DNA of 64,000 nucleotides from Nitrososphaeria archaeon (GTDB taxonomy: Archaea > Thermoproteota > Nitrososphaeria > Nitrososphaerales > JAAOZN01), in NCBI GenBank assembly GCA_029775855.1, contig JARVJZ010000003.1:162416-226415 (forward strand), read 5' to 3'. Made by a program: the position numbers and the translations under genes. Under the pieces are notes generated by a model. The model was not told the origin of the DNA. It searched no databases and worked only from the letters and a program-made list of their open reading frames with translations. This document shows positions 49,309 through 58,800 of the stretch, piece after piece; positions within the stretch are counted from its first letter, which is position 1, and every line of letters starts with the position of its first letter.

Positions 49309-50262
49309 CTAGTATCCGCTCTGGTCGTTTTGAAGTGTGATCTTAACCACACCATTAACGCTGTGTTTGAGCGCCGTGAATGTCAGGATTTGAGTGAGCC
49401 TATCCTGCCCCTTTAGGTTTACATCTCCTTCTTCGTAGATTAGTCTAGGTAGCGTAATCTCTAACTCATACCTATAGTTTCCAGATATCACGCTACCTTG
49501 AAACTTTAGGCTTATGGAGTTCTCTTCTGAAGCTAGAAATCTGTCTAAGTGCGTGCTGCTGTCAAACTTTATGGTCGCGGAGCCCTTAACATCTAATGGC
49601 GCTTCTTCAACTTCCTGTGGAAACCGTGAGCCGAATCTGTAGCCTTCTGGGAAGTTGTTGTTTAGCTCGAGGCTAAAGTGTTCAAATTTTACTGGGATGC
49701 CATTTATCTCTTGATGCACGACTTGAGAGGTATGTATGTAACCTTGCTGAGAGAAGTTAAAGGGGCCTGTGTATAAGTTTACTCTGCTCTCCTCGCCGCC
49801 TAAGATGTCTGCTGTTATGCCTAGGTGGTCCCCTGCTTCACCCTCTATTATGAGCCTATTTACGACGCATCCTGTGATGCGCTTTGCTGCTACGCTCCCT
49901 AAACCTACCTCTATCGTATAGCTCGGCCAAGGAGATGAAGACCCACTTCTAGGTGTAAAGGTGTGTCTGTAAACTGTGGGGTTGCCATTCGGGTCAGGTT
50001 GAGTGGTAGAGACTTCACCTAGGGCAGAATAGAGAAACTCACCTAAACCTTTGTCGTATACTGGGTAAATCTCTATGCTACCCGTTGTTTTGGCTTTTGT
50101 TAAGTCTACTTGTGTGATGAATCTCCCTCCTTCTACCGTCCTCAGATATTCAACACCAGGTTGGAACTTGAGGCTCTCAGAAAGTATTCTTATGTGCGTG
50201 TTGAGGCTCGGCGCGGGCACACCGTAGCTCGACTCCTTACCCATCCTCAAATAGTTTGCCAT
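49309..50262 (-). CDS. Major tail tube protein
   Basis: G.ESSYG, Y.HTFTP, PSYTIEVG, G..VN.L, L.ITLP, I.L.N....Y. Confidence 0.85.
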   Translation of the reverse strand: MANYLRMGKESSYGVPAPSLNTHIRILSESLKFQPGVEYLRTVEGGRFITQVDLTKAKTTGSIEIYPVYDKGLGEFLYSALGEVSTTQPDPNGNPTVYRHTFTPRSGSSSPWPSYTIEVGLGSVAAKRITGCVVNRLIIEGEAGDHLGITADILGGEESRVNLYTGPFNFSQQGYIHTSQVVHQEINGIPVKFEHFSLELNNNFPEGYRFGSRFPQEVEEAPLDVKGSATIKFDSSTHLDRFLASEENSISLKFQGSVISGNYRYELEITLPRLIYEEGDVNLKGQDRLTQILTFTALKHSVNGVVKITLQNDQSGY

Positions 50263-50273
50263 CTTACTATCCC

Positions 50274-50347
50274 CTCAATTCTGTCTAGACACCCTGATTC
50301 CCCAGGGTGTTTCGCCGGAGTTTCACCGGCTCGTCAGTAGACTTAAG
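50274..50347 (-). ncRNA. Type I hammerhead ribozyme; cleavage predicted between 50288 and 50287
   Basis: GUCUA-CUGACGA-GCCGG(UGAAACU)CCGGC-GAAA-CACCCUG(GGGAAU)CAGGGUG-UC/UAGAC. Confidence 0.93.
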
Positions 50348-50786
50348 CATAAGGGGTCCAAACCTTCTTCAGATCTATTATGCGAGCCCAAGCTAGGGCG
50401 TAGTCTTGCTCAGACCCTCTTGCAACCTCTATAACTCTGGGCTCAGGTTCGTTTTCGACTAGACCATCTAATGTTGGGTTGGAGTTCAGCGCTTCTTCAA
50501 CGCCTTCAATCAGCCTATATATGGTCTTTTCAGCTTCATCTTCAGATGCGTGGCGTTCAATTACCCCTATCTCAAACCTTAAGATGTATTGGAATCTGTG
50601 TAAATCAGAGCGTCCACTATATTCTTTACCTAGCCATTGAACATAGATTAAGGGGTATCGGTATGCTGTAAATGGGATGCCAAAATGGTATGCCGCGACA
50701 TCTTTGAGAGTTGGATTTGAGCGCATAACCTCAATATACTTATGCACGAGCTCAGCGTAGACCAAACATTCTCTAACCCTTAACAA
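50343..50786 (-). CDS. Tail terminator-like protein
   Basis: YP.IYV, VE.AL..NPTL.GLV; precedes tube gene. Confidence 0.7.
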   Translation of the reverse strand: MLRVRECLVYAELVHKYIEVMRSNPTLKDVAAYHFGIPFTAYRYPLIYVQWLGKEYSGRSDLHRFQYILRFEIGVIERHASEDEAEKTIYRLIEGVEEALNSNPTLDGLVENEPEPRVIEVARGSEQDYALAWARIIDLKKVWTPYA

Positions 50787-51111
50787 CCCCTGTGGATGCT
50801 GCTTTGCCGGATAGGTAGTTTGAGCGGATGAAATCTTTAAGCCTCTCTTTCGCCTCAGATACTAAGGGTTGGGATTTAGATTCGTCAAGGTTCGCTCTTT
50901 TTAATCTGAAGACTCCGGCAGCCCACTCTGCTGCTATCCATCTTATCTCATCTGGCACCTTTTGCAGAGGCGTCGTTGTGTATGCTCTTAGCTGCTCATC
51001 CATCTGGCTCTCGACATTTAGAATAATCTGCTGTATCTCTGTATCATATTGGATTTCTGTGGGCGTCATGTTCAGCCAACCCTTAACATCGCTTACCGAG
51101 CAATACCTCAT
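50773..51111 (-). CDS. Head-tail adaptor (gp6/gp36-like)
   Basis: YCSVSDVK..L, D..L..Y...PL..VP..I..IA. Confidence 0.78.
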   Translation of the reverse strand: MRYCSVSDVKGWLNMTPTEIQYDTEIQQIILNVESQMDEQLRAYTTTPLQKVPDEIRWIAAEWAAGVFRLKRANLDESKSQPLVSEAKERLKDFIRSNYLSGKAASTGVVKG

Positions 51112-51325
51112 ATTCCCTCAACTCTTTGACCGATGATGGTGCAAATTCTGAAAGCCTTCCGTCTCTGTGAATGAGCCTCCTATTCTCTAGTATAGTTGAA
51201 TTCGTCAATCCATGCTTTGCAAGCCATAGTAGCTGCACTCTGATGTCCCATGAGCCTTCTTTTGAACCTAATTCTTTTAAACCACTCTTTAGAAGACTTT
51301 TAGGAGTTTCTTTTTTAGTCATCAA
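51083..51325 (-). CDS. Hypothetical first gene of the cluster
   Basis: Overlaps adaptor start; TATA upstream. Confidence 0.55.
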   Translation of the reverse strand: MMTKKETPKSLLKSGLKELGSKEGSWDIRVQLLWLAKHGLTNSTILENRRLIHRDGRLSEFAPSSVKELREYEVLLGKRC

Positions 51326-51345
51326 ACTTTGACCACATCTGATAA

Positions 51346-51353
51346 TATTTAAA
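51346..51353 (-). promoter_or_regulatory. TATA box heading the tail/terminase cluster
   Basis: TTTAAATA about 24 nt upstream of ATG 51322 (leaderless spacing). Confidence 0.5.
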
Positions 51354-51580
51354 ATAATTGTTCAGTTATGCGCATATCTATGTAAAAAATTGATAGTGTC
51401 ACACAAGATGGGTTAACAGCAGTATGAGTATACTCCGTTCTGAAAGTCTATGCATACCATTTAAAGGTCGCCTAAAGTTTTCAATGGGTTAAACTTTAGT
51501 GTTCGCTCTCTCAAGCTATTGGTCAAGAAGATTACATAAACTCTCCTAAAGGTGATGTTAAGGCAACATTCCTTTACTCA

Positions 51581-52108
51581 TTGTCTAAAAGTGGTGTGGA
51601 AGAAGGTAGAGAGCAAGAAGAGGTTAGAAGAAAGGTAGCCGAGTGCATAAATTTACTAAATAGGCAAGCGGCTAAGCTCAACCTATCTCTCAGCAAGTTG
51701 AAGGCATTTGAAGATGAATGCTTTCGTAAGACTATCTGGCACCTGAAGGTAGGAGATAAAGCCTCAGCCTCAATATATGCTTCAGAAGTAGCCTACCTAA
51801 GAAGGTTAAACTCGGCGCTCAAAGAGATCAAAGAACTTGTTGCGTACGCAACACTGAAGCTTAACTCTCTACTAGACACGCAGCATCTAACCACCTCGCT
51901 CACCATACTAATCGAAACCTTAAGACAGATACCTCACGGCTTAGACGCTGAAGACCTTGGGCATCTAACCAAACTACTCTGTGATACTGCTACCTCGCAA
52001 AAACGAATTGAAAGAGCTATGCATAAGACAGATTTGCAGACCGAGGGTGTGTTGAAGGAGGCTGAATCTAAGATTCAAGGGGAGTATTCAGAACCCTTAG
52101 CTGGCTGA
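51581..52108 (+). CDS. Divergent ESCRT-III/Snf7 (CdvB paralog)
   Basis: Helical; D..CF..., A.IYA.EVA.LRR, ..VL.EA.. Confidence 0.72.
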   Translation: MSKSGVEEGREQEEVRRKVAECINLLNRQAAKLNLSLSKLKAFEDECFRKTIWHLKVGDKASASIYASEVAYLRRLNSALKEIKELVAYATLKLNSLLDTQHLTTSLTILIETLRQIPHGLDAEDLGHLTKLLCDTATSQKRIERAMHKTDLQTEGVLKEAESKIQGEYSEPLAG

Positions 52109-55100
52109 CTCCCCGCTCTCCTCATTCTGGTATACAAACCCCCTCTTTCTTCTCAACACAAGCCAAGACAGAACCACACCTAGTATGAACGCCGCTGGTA
52201 TTGTTATGAGGTAATTTTCAAAGAGTAATGGCTGCTGCTGAATCTGCTGCGAAACAGGCTTAGCGACGTTAACTTTAATCGTTATAACCTTTGTATGCAC
52301 TACCGCCCTATCATCCATATACTGCACATTCAATTGAAGCGGGTATGTAGCTGGCGGTGCGTCTCCAACTCTTAGGGTTAGGCTGAAAGACGACTGCCCA
52401 TCCTTAGGTATCTCACCGAGTATTGTCGAATATGAGTAATATTCCACGAAAGGCGGGGCTACCAGAGCGCTTACATTCACGCTTTTGGCTGGTATTATCC
52501 CACCATTATACACAATACCGGAAACGGTAAAGGTTGAAGACGGTGCTACAAGCTCCGGTCTCACAGACACACCTGAAACCCTAAGATCTATGTAGCCTCT
52601 GACCGTTAAGCCCAAGGTTAAGTCTTCAAGCCACTCTAAACCTAACCTATCCACATATCTAACTGAAAGGGTTGCTTGAGCTGTTTCTGTTAGCATCTGC
52701 TGCTCTATCAATGATTTTGGCGTAAAGATTTTAACCGCTATTTGTGCCTCTCCGCCAGCCTCTATCTTATCGAAGTACCAGTTTCCGCTGTCTCCTACTA
52801 TACTTAAGGTTGGCGGTAGGTGTAGCTTCACTGAAATATTGTTTGCATCTTCTTCGCCCACATTTCTTAACCTCAGTAAAACCTCGTTCACCTTTGCTGC
52901 ATACAGATCGTAGTCTTCTGTTGAGAGCCTTAGCTTAACCTCGCTCTGTCTGCTGCCAGATATCTGAAAGCCTAGCGTTGCGGTTTCTGTCTTCAAATCT
53001 CCTGTTGGTGTTAAGAGTCTTGCTGTGAGGGTTATCGCTCCTGTTGAGCCTAGGGCTGATTTTGTTACATAGATCTTAAGCGGGATAGTTATGTTTGCGC
53101 CCGCTTCCAACTTATTTACGGTGATGTAATCTACTCCGCTTATCTGAATGGATGCTGAGGGTGATGTAAATCTAAGCTCCATATTACTTAATGAGCCGTC
53201 GAGAAGGTTTGCTAACATCACTTTAATCTCCTCAGCTCCGCCAGCTAAAACCTCCTTAGGTGTGTAGTCTACATTAAGCGCTCGAAGAGTGCTTCGGATG
53301 AGCTGAATAGTCGTCTGCAGCGTTTCACTCCTCCTCTGCCCACCTTCAACATAGTATGTGAAGGTGAAGACTAACGGCACAGCCCCTTCAGCTGAATCAA
53401 ATGGAGCCTTAGCAGAAATAGTAAATTCAGCCTCAGCACCAGACTTTAGAATCCCGAGGCTCTGCTTAGCGCCTGAGGTTATAGTCAAAGGAGGTTGCGT
53501 TGACGCTAATACTTCTAGCGAGTAGGCTGTTGAACCCCCTTGGTTCACCACCTTAAAGCTAAATTCTTTGGCTGTGCCTGATGTTAGCGTGTTATCTCCA
53601 ACTTTAAGTGTTAGAAGAGGCTCTGCAGCTATTTTTGATGCTACCAACCCTAATGAGTAAGTTTCTGTAAATTCAACATCATCTTCATCGTAGTATGTCA
53701 GCGTAAGTTTTGAGTTAAATGTTGACGCTGCAGCTGATGCCGGTGTGTAGACTTCAAGATGTATATTCGCTGCGTCAGAGGGGAATATAGCATTCAGCCT
53801 CCATCGGTCTGTGCTTGCTGTCAGAGGTGGTGGAAGCGTTAAGAATGCTTCTATAGACTTTATAGTTGTGGTTGAATTGTTCAGAACAACTATCTTTACT
53901 GGGCTCCATCCTCCAGCAGTAAGATCAGTTTCAACCCCCTCTACTACTATATGAGGCGCCTTAACCTCTTTGACCGAAGCTGCGATAGTCCTCACTGAAG
54001 TCATCTGAATGTTTGGTGAAGGCTTGTATGTTATGGTTGCTGTAATCTGAAAGGTCTGACCTACCGCTTCTCTCGCTGCAAATATATTTACCACTATACT
54101 TCTAGCTTCGCCAGAAGCTAGATCACCAATCTGCCAAACATTATCCTTACCCTCAAGCCTTAACGGCGGAGTTAAACTTAGACTCAATCTAACAGAATAA
54201 AGAGTTCTAGCATCATTATTCCTCACTGTAAGATGTAGTGTATTCGCTTTGCCAGCAGCAAGCATTTGCTTAGATGCCACAACATCCAGCTCAGCTTCTC
54301 TCACCGTATTGACATAGAAGAATACGCTCTTACCCTCCCTCATACTGTTCCCAACACTGTTTCTGTATGAGGTGGTTAGGGTGATCTGATAGGTGCCACC
54401 AGCTGAAGAAGGTGGGGCATAGATTGAAACCTTTACGCTCTTCACCTCTCCAGCCTTAAGCAAGCCTAACTCCCATTCAGCTTCGCCACCAACTATGATA
54501 AGCGGAGGTGTAGTTGCTACTGTAGCCTTCAAGGCGCTTATATCTGCTGAACCCGCATTTCTAAATGTGAATCTGACGACGTTTACGCTGTCAGCATCAA
54601 GCCCACCTACATCAGCGCTAACCTCAACCCTAGCCTTCCCAGTAATTGGGATTTGAATCGTTAAGTTAACTGGGTTCCTATACACCACACCATCTGGCTG
54701 ATTAGCGTAGTAGCGTATGGTTAGAGGAAGTGTATAAAAGCCCTTTTGTGCACCCTCTAGAATATTGAGATTGTAGTTGAAGAGCACAAGCCCGCCAAAA
54801 GACGGTATCGTATAGTTAAAGGATGACGTTAAGGTACTTCTACCTAAAGGATCTGAAAACGGCGCTCTTAGATGTAGCTCACCCTCAAAGCTGCTCAGAG
54901 TAAATTCCGCTGAAGCCCTAACACCTACTGTAAGTGGTGCAGCAACCTCTCCAGCATCCACCTCTAATGGTGATGTTATTGAACCCCATCTGACATACGC
55001 AACATCAAACCTCACAAGATTTACGGTAAGTGAGTAGAAGCCAACGTTATCAAGCAGATTCGACACCTTAAGGTAGTATTCGCCTTCAACATCAACTATG

Positions 55101-55768
55101 CTCTGAAGAGCCTCTGAACCACCTAAACCCACTCTATTTGACGAAGCTAACATCACTCTATCCGGGCTATAGAGGGTTAAGGTAAGGTCGAGCTGCTTGG
55201 TCGGAGCTACTGTAGCTGTAAGTATCTGCCCAACCCTACCACTTATCTTATAATAGTGCTCACCCCTCGAATCTATTGTATAATTATATGTCCCTTCAAG
55301 TATGGTTAAAGCGTCTTGAATAGTTGCTCCCGGAGCTATTGGAGAGAAGGTTAGAGTATATGTATCTTGTATAGGCAGCCTATTCTCAACCCTGATGAAG
55401 TAGTAGCCTGAGAGCTTCACCAGATAACGAATTTCTTCTTTAAAGCCTACATTAGCTTGGGCTGATGAAGCGACCACTGCTTGCGCATCGTTGTAAAGAT
55501 ATAGGTTCAGATCACTGTTTTGCATCGTAAGCGTTATCGCTACACTCTGCCCCCTAGCAGCCTCAAACTTAAAAAAGTGGTTAGCGGATGCAGGGATGAT
55601 GTAAGTGTATGTGCCAGCAGAGATAACAGCAGCGTTAGCAAATGATGTTCCCGCTTGAGCAAACACACGGTGCTGTAAGCCCCATCCAACCAAAACAGCA
55701 AAGAAGCATATAATCAACACAGTTCTCCAAGCTTTGTTCAACGCCCTCAACTCTAAACTCATCCCCAA
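52097..55768 (-). CDS. Large surface protein: PPC-like domains plus repeated COG1361/CARDB-like Ig folds, C-terminal TM
   Basis: Signal peptide, DL.LYLY..., G.YY.RV, repeated N.G...A motifs, TM followed by RRKR. Confidence 0.82.
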   Translation of the reverse strand: MGMSLELRALNKAWRTVLIICFFAVLVGWGLQHRVFAQAGTSFANAAVISAGTYTYIIPASANHFFKFEAARGQSVAITLTMQNSDLNLYLYNDAQAVVASSAQANVGFKEEIRYLVKLSGYYFIRVENRLPIQDTYTLTFSPIAPGATIQDALTILEGTYNYTIDSRGEHYYKISGRVGQILTATVAPTKQLDLTLTLYSPDRVMLASSNRVGLGGSEALQSIVDVEGEYYLKVSNLLDNVGFYSLTVNLVRFDVAYVRWGSITSPLEVDAGEVAAPLTVGVRASAEFTLSSFEGELHLRAPFSDPLGRSTLTSSFNYTIPSFGGLVLFNYNLNILEGAQKGFYTLPLTIRYYANQPDGVVYRNPVNLTIQIPITGKARVEVSADVGGLDADSVNVVRFTFRNAGSADISALKATVATTPPLIIVGGEAEWELGLLKAGEVKSVKVSIYAPPSSAGGTYQITLTTSYRNSVGNSMREGKSVFFYVNTVREAELDVVASKQMLAAGKANTLHLTVRNNDARTLYSVRLSLSLTPPLRLEGKDNVWQIGDLASGEARSIVVNIFAAREAVGQTFQITATITYKPSPNIQMTSVRTIAASVKEVKAPHIVVEGVETDLTAGGWSPVKIVVLNNSTTTIKSIEAFLTLPPPLTASTDRWRLNAIFPSDAANIHLEVYTPASAAASTFNSKLTLTYYDEDDVEFTETYSLGLVASKIAAEPLLTLKVGDNTLTSGTAKEFSFKVVNQGGSTAYSLEVLASTQPPLTITSGAKQSLGILKSGAEAEFTISAKAPFDSAEGAVPLVFTFTYYVEGGQRRSETLQTTIQLIRSTLRALNVDYTPKEVLAGGAEEIKVMLANLLDGSLSNMELRFTSPSASIQISGVDYITVNKLEAGANITIPLKIYVTKSALGSTGAITLTARLLTPTGDLKTETATLGFQISGSRQSEVKLRLSTEDYDLYAAKVNEVLLRLRNVGEEDANNISVKLHLPPTLSIVGDSGNWYFDKIEAGGEAQIAVKIFTPKSLIEQQMLTETAQATLSVRYVDRLGLEWLEDLTLGLTVRGYIDLRVSGVSVRPELVAPSSTFTVSGIVYNGGIIPAKSVNVSALVAPPFVEYYSYSTILGEIPKDGQSSFSLTLRVGDAPPATYPLQLNVQYMDDRAVVHTKVITIKVNVAKPVSQQIQQQPLLFENYLITIPAAFILGVVLSWLVLRRKRGFVYQNEESGESAS

Positions 55769-55820
55769 TAGTTAAAGGATAAAATGTTTACTTAAGTTTA
55801 TGAAAACTTATGAAAGTCAA

Positions 55821-57146
55821 CTACATGAAGAGCACGAGTGAAAGATATAGAACAACTATATTCAACGCTGAAACAGGCAAGCCGATCTTAAGGAACTCAA
55901 AGAATCCAAGCGTGTGACCCCTACTTTCAGCCTCCTCTACTATTATCAAGTTGCTAGCGGCGCCTATAAGGGTAAGGTTCCCAGCTAAAGTGCTCCCACC
56001 AGCCAAAGCAACCCACGCTAACGCATCACTCCCACCATATCCAGCGGCCTTCATCACAGGTAGGTAAAGCGCCACCATCGGAACATTACTCACCAGTTGA
56101 CTGAGCAAAATACTTGAAGCCAATATAGCGATAAGCGAATAAGAGAGGTTATCCCTATTCAGCTGAGGCAGATGTGCAGAGAGCTGAGCAATAATCCCCG
56201 CCTCCATCACACCTTGCATTAAAACGAATAAGCCTGCAAATAGGACAAGAACACTCCAGTCAAGCCTCTTAAGGATCTCTCTCCTCCTACTCGATAAAAG
56301 TAGCAGCATTGTAGCGCCAAATAAAGAAACCTCACTTATGCCTAAAGGTATCTTCGCCCCCAAGCTCTCAAAAATGTTGATGAGCACTATACCTACAACC
56401 GTTAATGTAAGTGTTGCTGCCGTCTGCTTAGCCAGCAATGGATCAGATACCCTCGTCTCTTTCAGCGTAACCTCAAGATCTATGAGTTGTGTAAAGCTCT
56501 TCCTCGCCAACCTAAACTCTCGACGATAAACCCACCTTATAACGAGGCTCGTCAAAAAGAGATTTGCTAAAGTCGGCAAAGCCAAATATAGCACAAAAGT
56601 TAGGACTGGAGCAGATAGCCCGCTGACCAACGCTATAAGGAGATTCTGAGGATTCCCCATAGGTGTCAAAGCGCTACCAATCGTCACAGAAAATGCTAAT
56701 GTAATAAGGAGAGGCTTAGAGGAGATGCGCATCTTTTTAGCAAGCGAAATCATTATAGGCGTGCCCATAAGTGCTAAAGTGTCATTCATCAACACAGCAG
56801 AAGCCAAACCAAAAACGAAAAAGGTAAGATAGACAATATCCTCAGGCTTCTTAGCCTTCAAGAACAACTTAGCCGCTAAATCCTCCAGCATACCTGAGAC
56901 ATCCATAGCTGTCACAAAAGTAAACATGCTGAAAAGAAAGACTATAACTTCAAGATTGATAGCGCGGTAAGCCTCAGAGACCTCGATAACCCCTGAGAAG
57001 ACCATAGCAACAGCACCAACAAGCATCGAAGCCCAAATAGGTAAGCCGCTCCCCCTAACATTCCGAAAAGCGATTGCAGCATATGTCCCCAAAAAGATAA
57101 CAACAGCCAAGATATAGCGTATGTCATCCAAGCTTGCTCGCAGCAC
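55821..57146 (-). CDS. ArsB/NhaD/CitMHS-type anion permease
   Basis: LMNDT, GSALTPMGNPQNL, SNVP, AGNLTLIGAASNLI. Confidence 0.88.
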   Translation of the reverse strand: MLRASLDDIRYILAVVIFLGTYAAIAFRNVRGSGLPIWASMLVGAVAMVFSGVIEVSEAYRAINLEVIVFLFSMFTFVTAMDVSGMLEDLAAKLFLKAKKPEDIVYLTFFVFGLASAVLMNDTLALMGTPIMISLAKKMRISSKPLLITLAFSVTIGSALTPMGNPQNLLIALVSGLSAPVLTFVLYLALPTLANLFLTSLVIRWVYRREFRLARKSFTQLIDLEVTLKETRVSDPLLAKQTAATLTLTVVGIVLINIFESLGAKIPLGISEVSLFGATMLLLLSSRRREILKRLDWSVLVLFAGLFVLMQGVMEAGIIAQLSAHLPQLNRDNLSYSLIAILASSILLSQLVSNVPMVALYLPVMKAAGYGGSDALAWVALAGGSTLAGNLTLIGAASNLIIVEEAESRGHTLGFFEFLKIGLPVSALNIVVLYLSLVLFM

Positions 57147-57193
57147 ACATCTAGATTGCTTTTTATAGAAGTTTTTTCCTTCATAAAGGAGAA

Positions 57194-57730
57194 ATGCTTG
57201 AAAGACCCTTCAAAGTTCTATTCGTAGGCGATAAAGCAGTCGGAAAAACCACTCTACTTAACAGAATTCTATCAAACAGTTTTAAATCAAAACATCTCCC
57301 AGAAATCGGTGCCAACATCGCTGAAAAAGACTTCAAATTTACCAACACTACAGTCAGACTTCTATTTTGGGATGTTGAAACCACATCATCAAACAAAATG
57401 GGAATAGGAAAGATCTTCGCCGACACCAACGCAGTAGTATCGCTATTTGATGTATGCAACCCAAGAACATTAAACATAGCAGAGAAACAGTACACCATGG
57501 TTAGATGGATCCACACACCAAGCCTATGGCTAGTCGGAAACAAAATCGACCTAACCGAATACAGAATAGTAGATAAGACCGAAGCTATGAAAAGAGCTGA
57601 GAAGCTAAAGGTAAACTATAAAGAAATCTCAGCGAAGACAGGCGAAAACGTCAAAGACCTCCTAACTTCAGTCCTAAAAGACATCATCGAAGCAAGGCTG
57701 AAAGAACTAAAAGTCTCACTAAGTGAGTGA
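57194..57730 (+). CDS. Rab/Ras-like small GTPase with degenerate switch motifs
   Basis: GDKAVGKTT, WDVET, GNKIDL, ISAKTGENV. Confidence 0.88.
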   Translation: MLERPFKVLFVGDKAVGKTTLLNRILSNSFKSKHLPEIGANIAEKDFKFTNTTVRLLFWDVETTSSNKMGIGKIFADTNAVVSLFDVCNPRTLNIAEKQYTMVRWIHTPSLWLVGNKIDLTEYRIVDKTEAMKRAEKLKVNYKEISAKTGENVKDLLTSVLKDIIEARLKELKVSLSE

Positions 57731-58800
57731 ACATGAACGACACAGCAGCATTCTTCAGAAGAAACGAAGTACAAAAGATCCTCAGACTACTTATAGACAA
57801 AGAACTAACCACCATTACACCCTCCCTTAGCTACGAATTCGGAGTCTGCTACGAAGCGATAAGCAGAGAAATCAAGAGAGATGACAAAGAAATCGCCGCT
57901 ATTCTAGAAGAGTTAAGCAAGCTCAAAATCCTAGAGCAAGATGTGACAGGAAACATAGGTGTCTGCCCAATCTGCAGCTCACACAAACTTATGGTGGAAC
58001 TACGCTGCCCATCGTGTAAAAGTTCAAAAATAGTTAAAGGCATTATGCTCGAGCACATAAAATGCGGCTACGTCGACCTAGAAGAGAAATTTAAAAGTGG
58101 CGATAGATACGTCTGCCCCAAGTGTAATAAGCCCTTAACGACCATAGGTGTGGACTACAGAAAACCAAGCGTAGTCTACAAATGCTTGGACTGCAACTCG
58201 CTATCACCAACCGCTGCAAAACACCACCTATGCATTAAGGGTCACTCCTTTGAAGAGCAGAACCTAATTATGAAACCTGTAATCACATACAAATTTGACC
58301 TAGAAAATAGATTTCTTGTAGAGAAAGAGCTATTGGAATTTGACACCGTACTTAACAACTTTAGAGAGGAAGGTTGGCACATCGAATCCCCAGCCTATAT
58401 AGAAGGAGAAAGCGGAGTACATCATGAATTTTCATTCAGCATCTGGTTTACACAACCCACCTCAGCTCTTGGATGGCCGGATTTGGTTGCTGAACACTGC
58501 GCAGAGGAAAATGAAGTAAGTTCAACCCCTCTCTTAGCCTTCCAAGCCAAGGCGATGGATGTGCACTCTAAGGAGAAGATATTGGTCGCTATGCCGGGGT
58601 TAGATGAGAATGCTAAGCTGCTTGCCCGAGGTTTCAGCATAAACACAGTAGAAGGCAGTAGCGCAGAGGAGGTAAAAGAGAAGCTAAAACAGACCCTCTT
58701 AAACATAAAACAGAAGAGGAGCAAGGCGGTGTTAGAAGCTGAAAAGGCTGCTTTAGAAGAAGCCCTTAAGGAGCTAGGGGGTACAATAGATCGAACATAA
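57727..58800 (+). CDS. TackOD1-like multi-Zn-ribbon protein with a restriction-endonuclease-like C-terminal domain
   Basis: CP.C, CPSC.S, EH..CG, CPKC.K.L..IGVDY.KP, G.SGV.H.F. Confidence 0.75.
   Translation: MNMNDTAAFFRRNEVQKILRLLIDKELTTITPSLSYEFGVCYEAISREIKRDDKEIAAILEELSKLKILEQDVTGNIGVCPICSSHKLMVELRCPSCKSSKIVKGIMLEHIKCGYVDLEEKFKSGDRYVCPKCNKPLTTIGVDYRKPSVVYKCLDCNSLSPTAAKHHLCIKGHSFEEQNLIMKPVITYKFDLENRFLVEKELLEFDTVLNNFREEGWHIESPAYIEGESGVHHEFSFSIWFTQPTSALGWPDLVAEHCAEENEVSSTPLLAFQAKAMDVHSKEKILVAMPGLDENAKLLARGFSINTVEGSSAEEVKEKLKQTLLNIKQKRSKAVLEAEKAALEEALKELGGTIDRT

Larger units (their letters stand above)
36460..51325 (-). mobile_element. Tailed-virus-derived gene cluster (tail plus terminase; no head, integrase or replication genes recognised)
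   Basis: About 24 tightly packed minus-strand ORFs including TerL, tape measure, tail tube and adaptor; abuts the tRNA 3' end. Confidence 0.88.

Noticed and set aside
51326-51580. att direct repeat of the tRNA-Lys 3' end
   Set aside because: No copy of TCCCGGCGGGCCCG seen here or elsewhere in the window by eye, and no integrase
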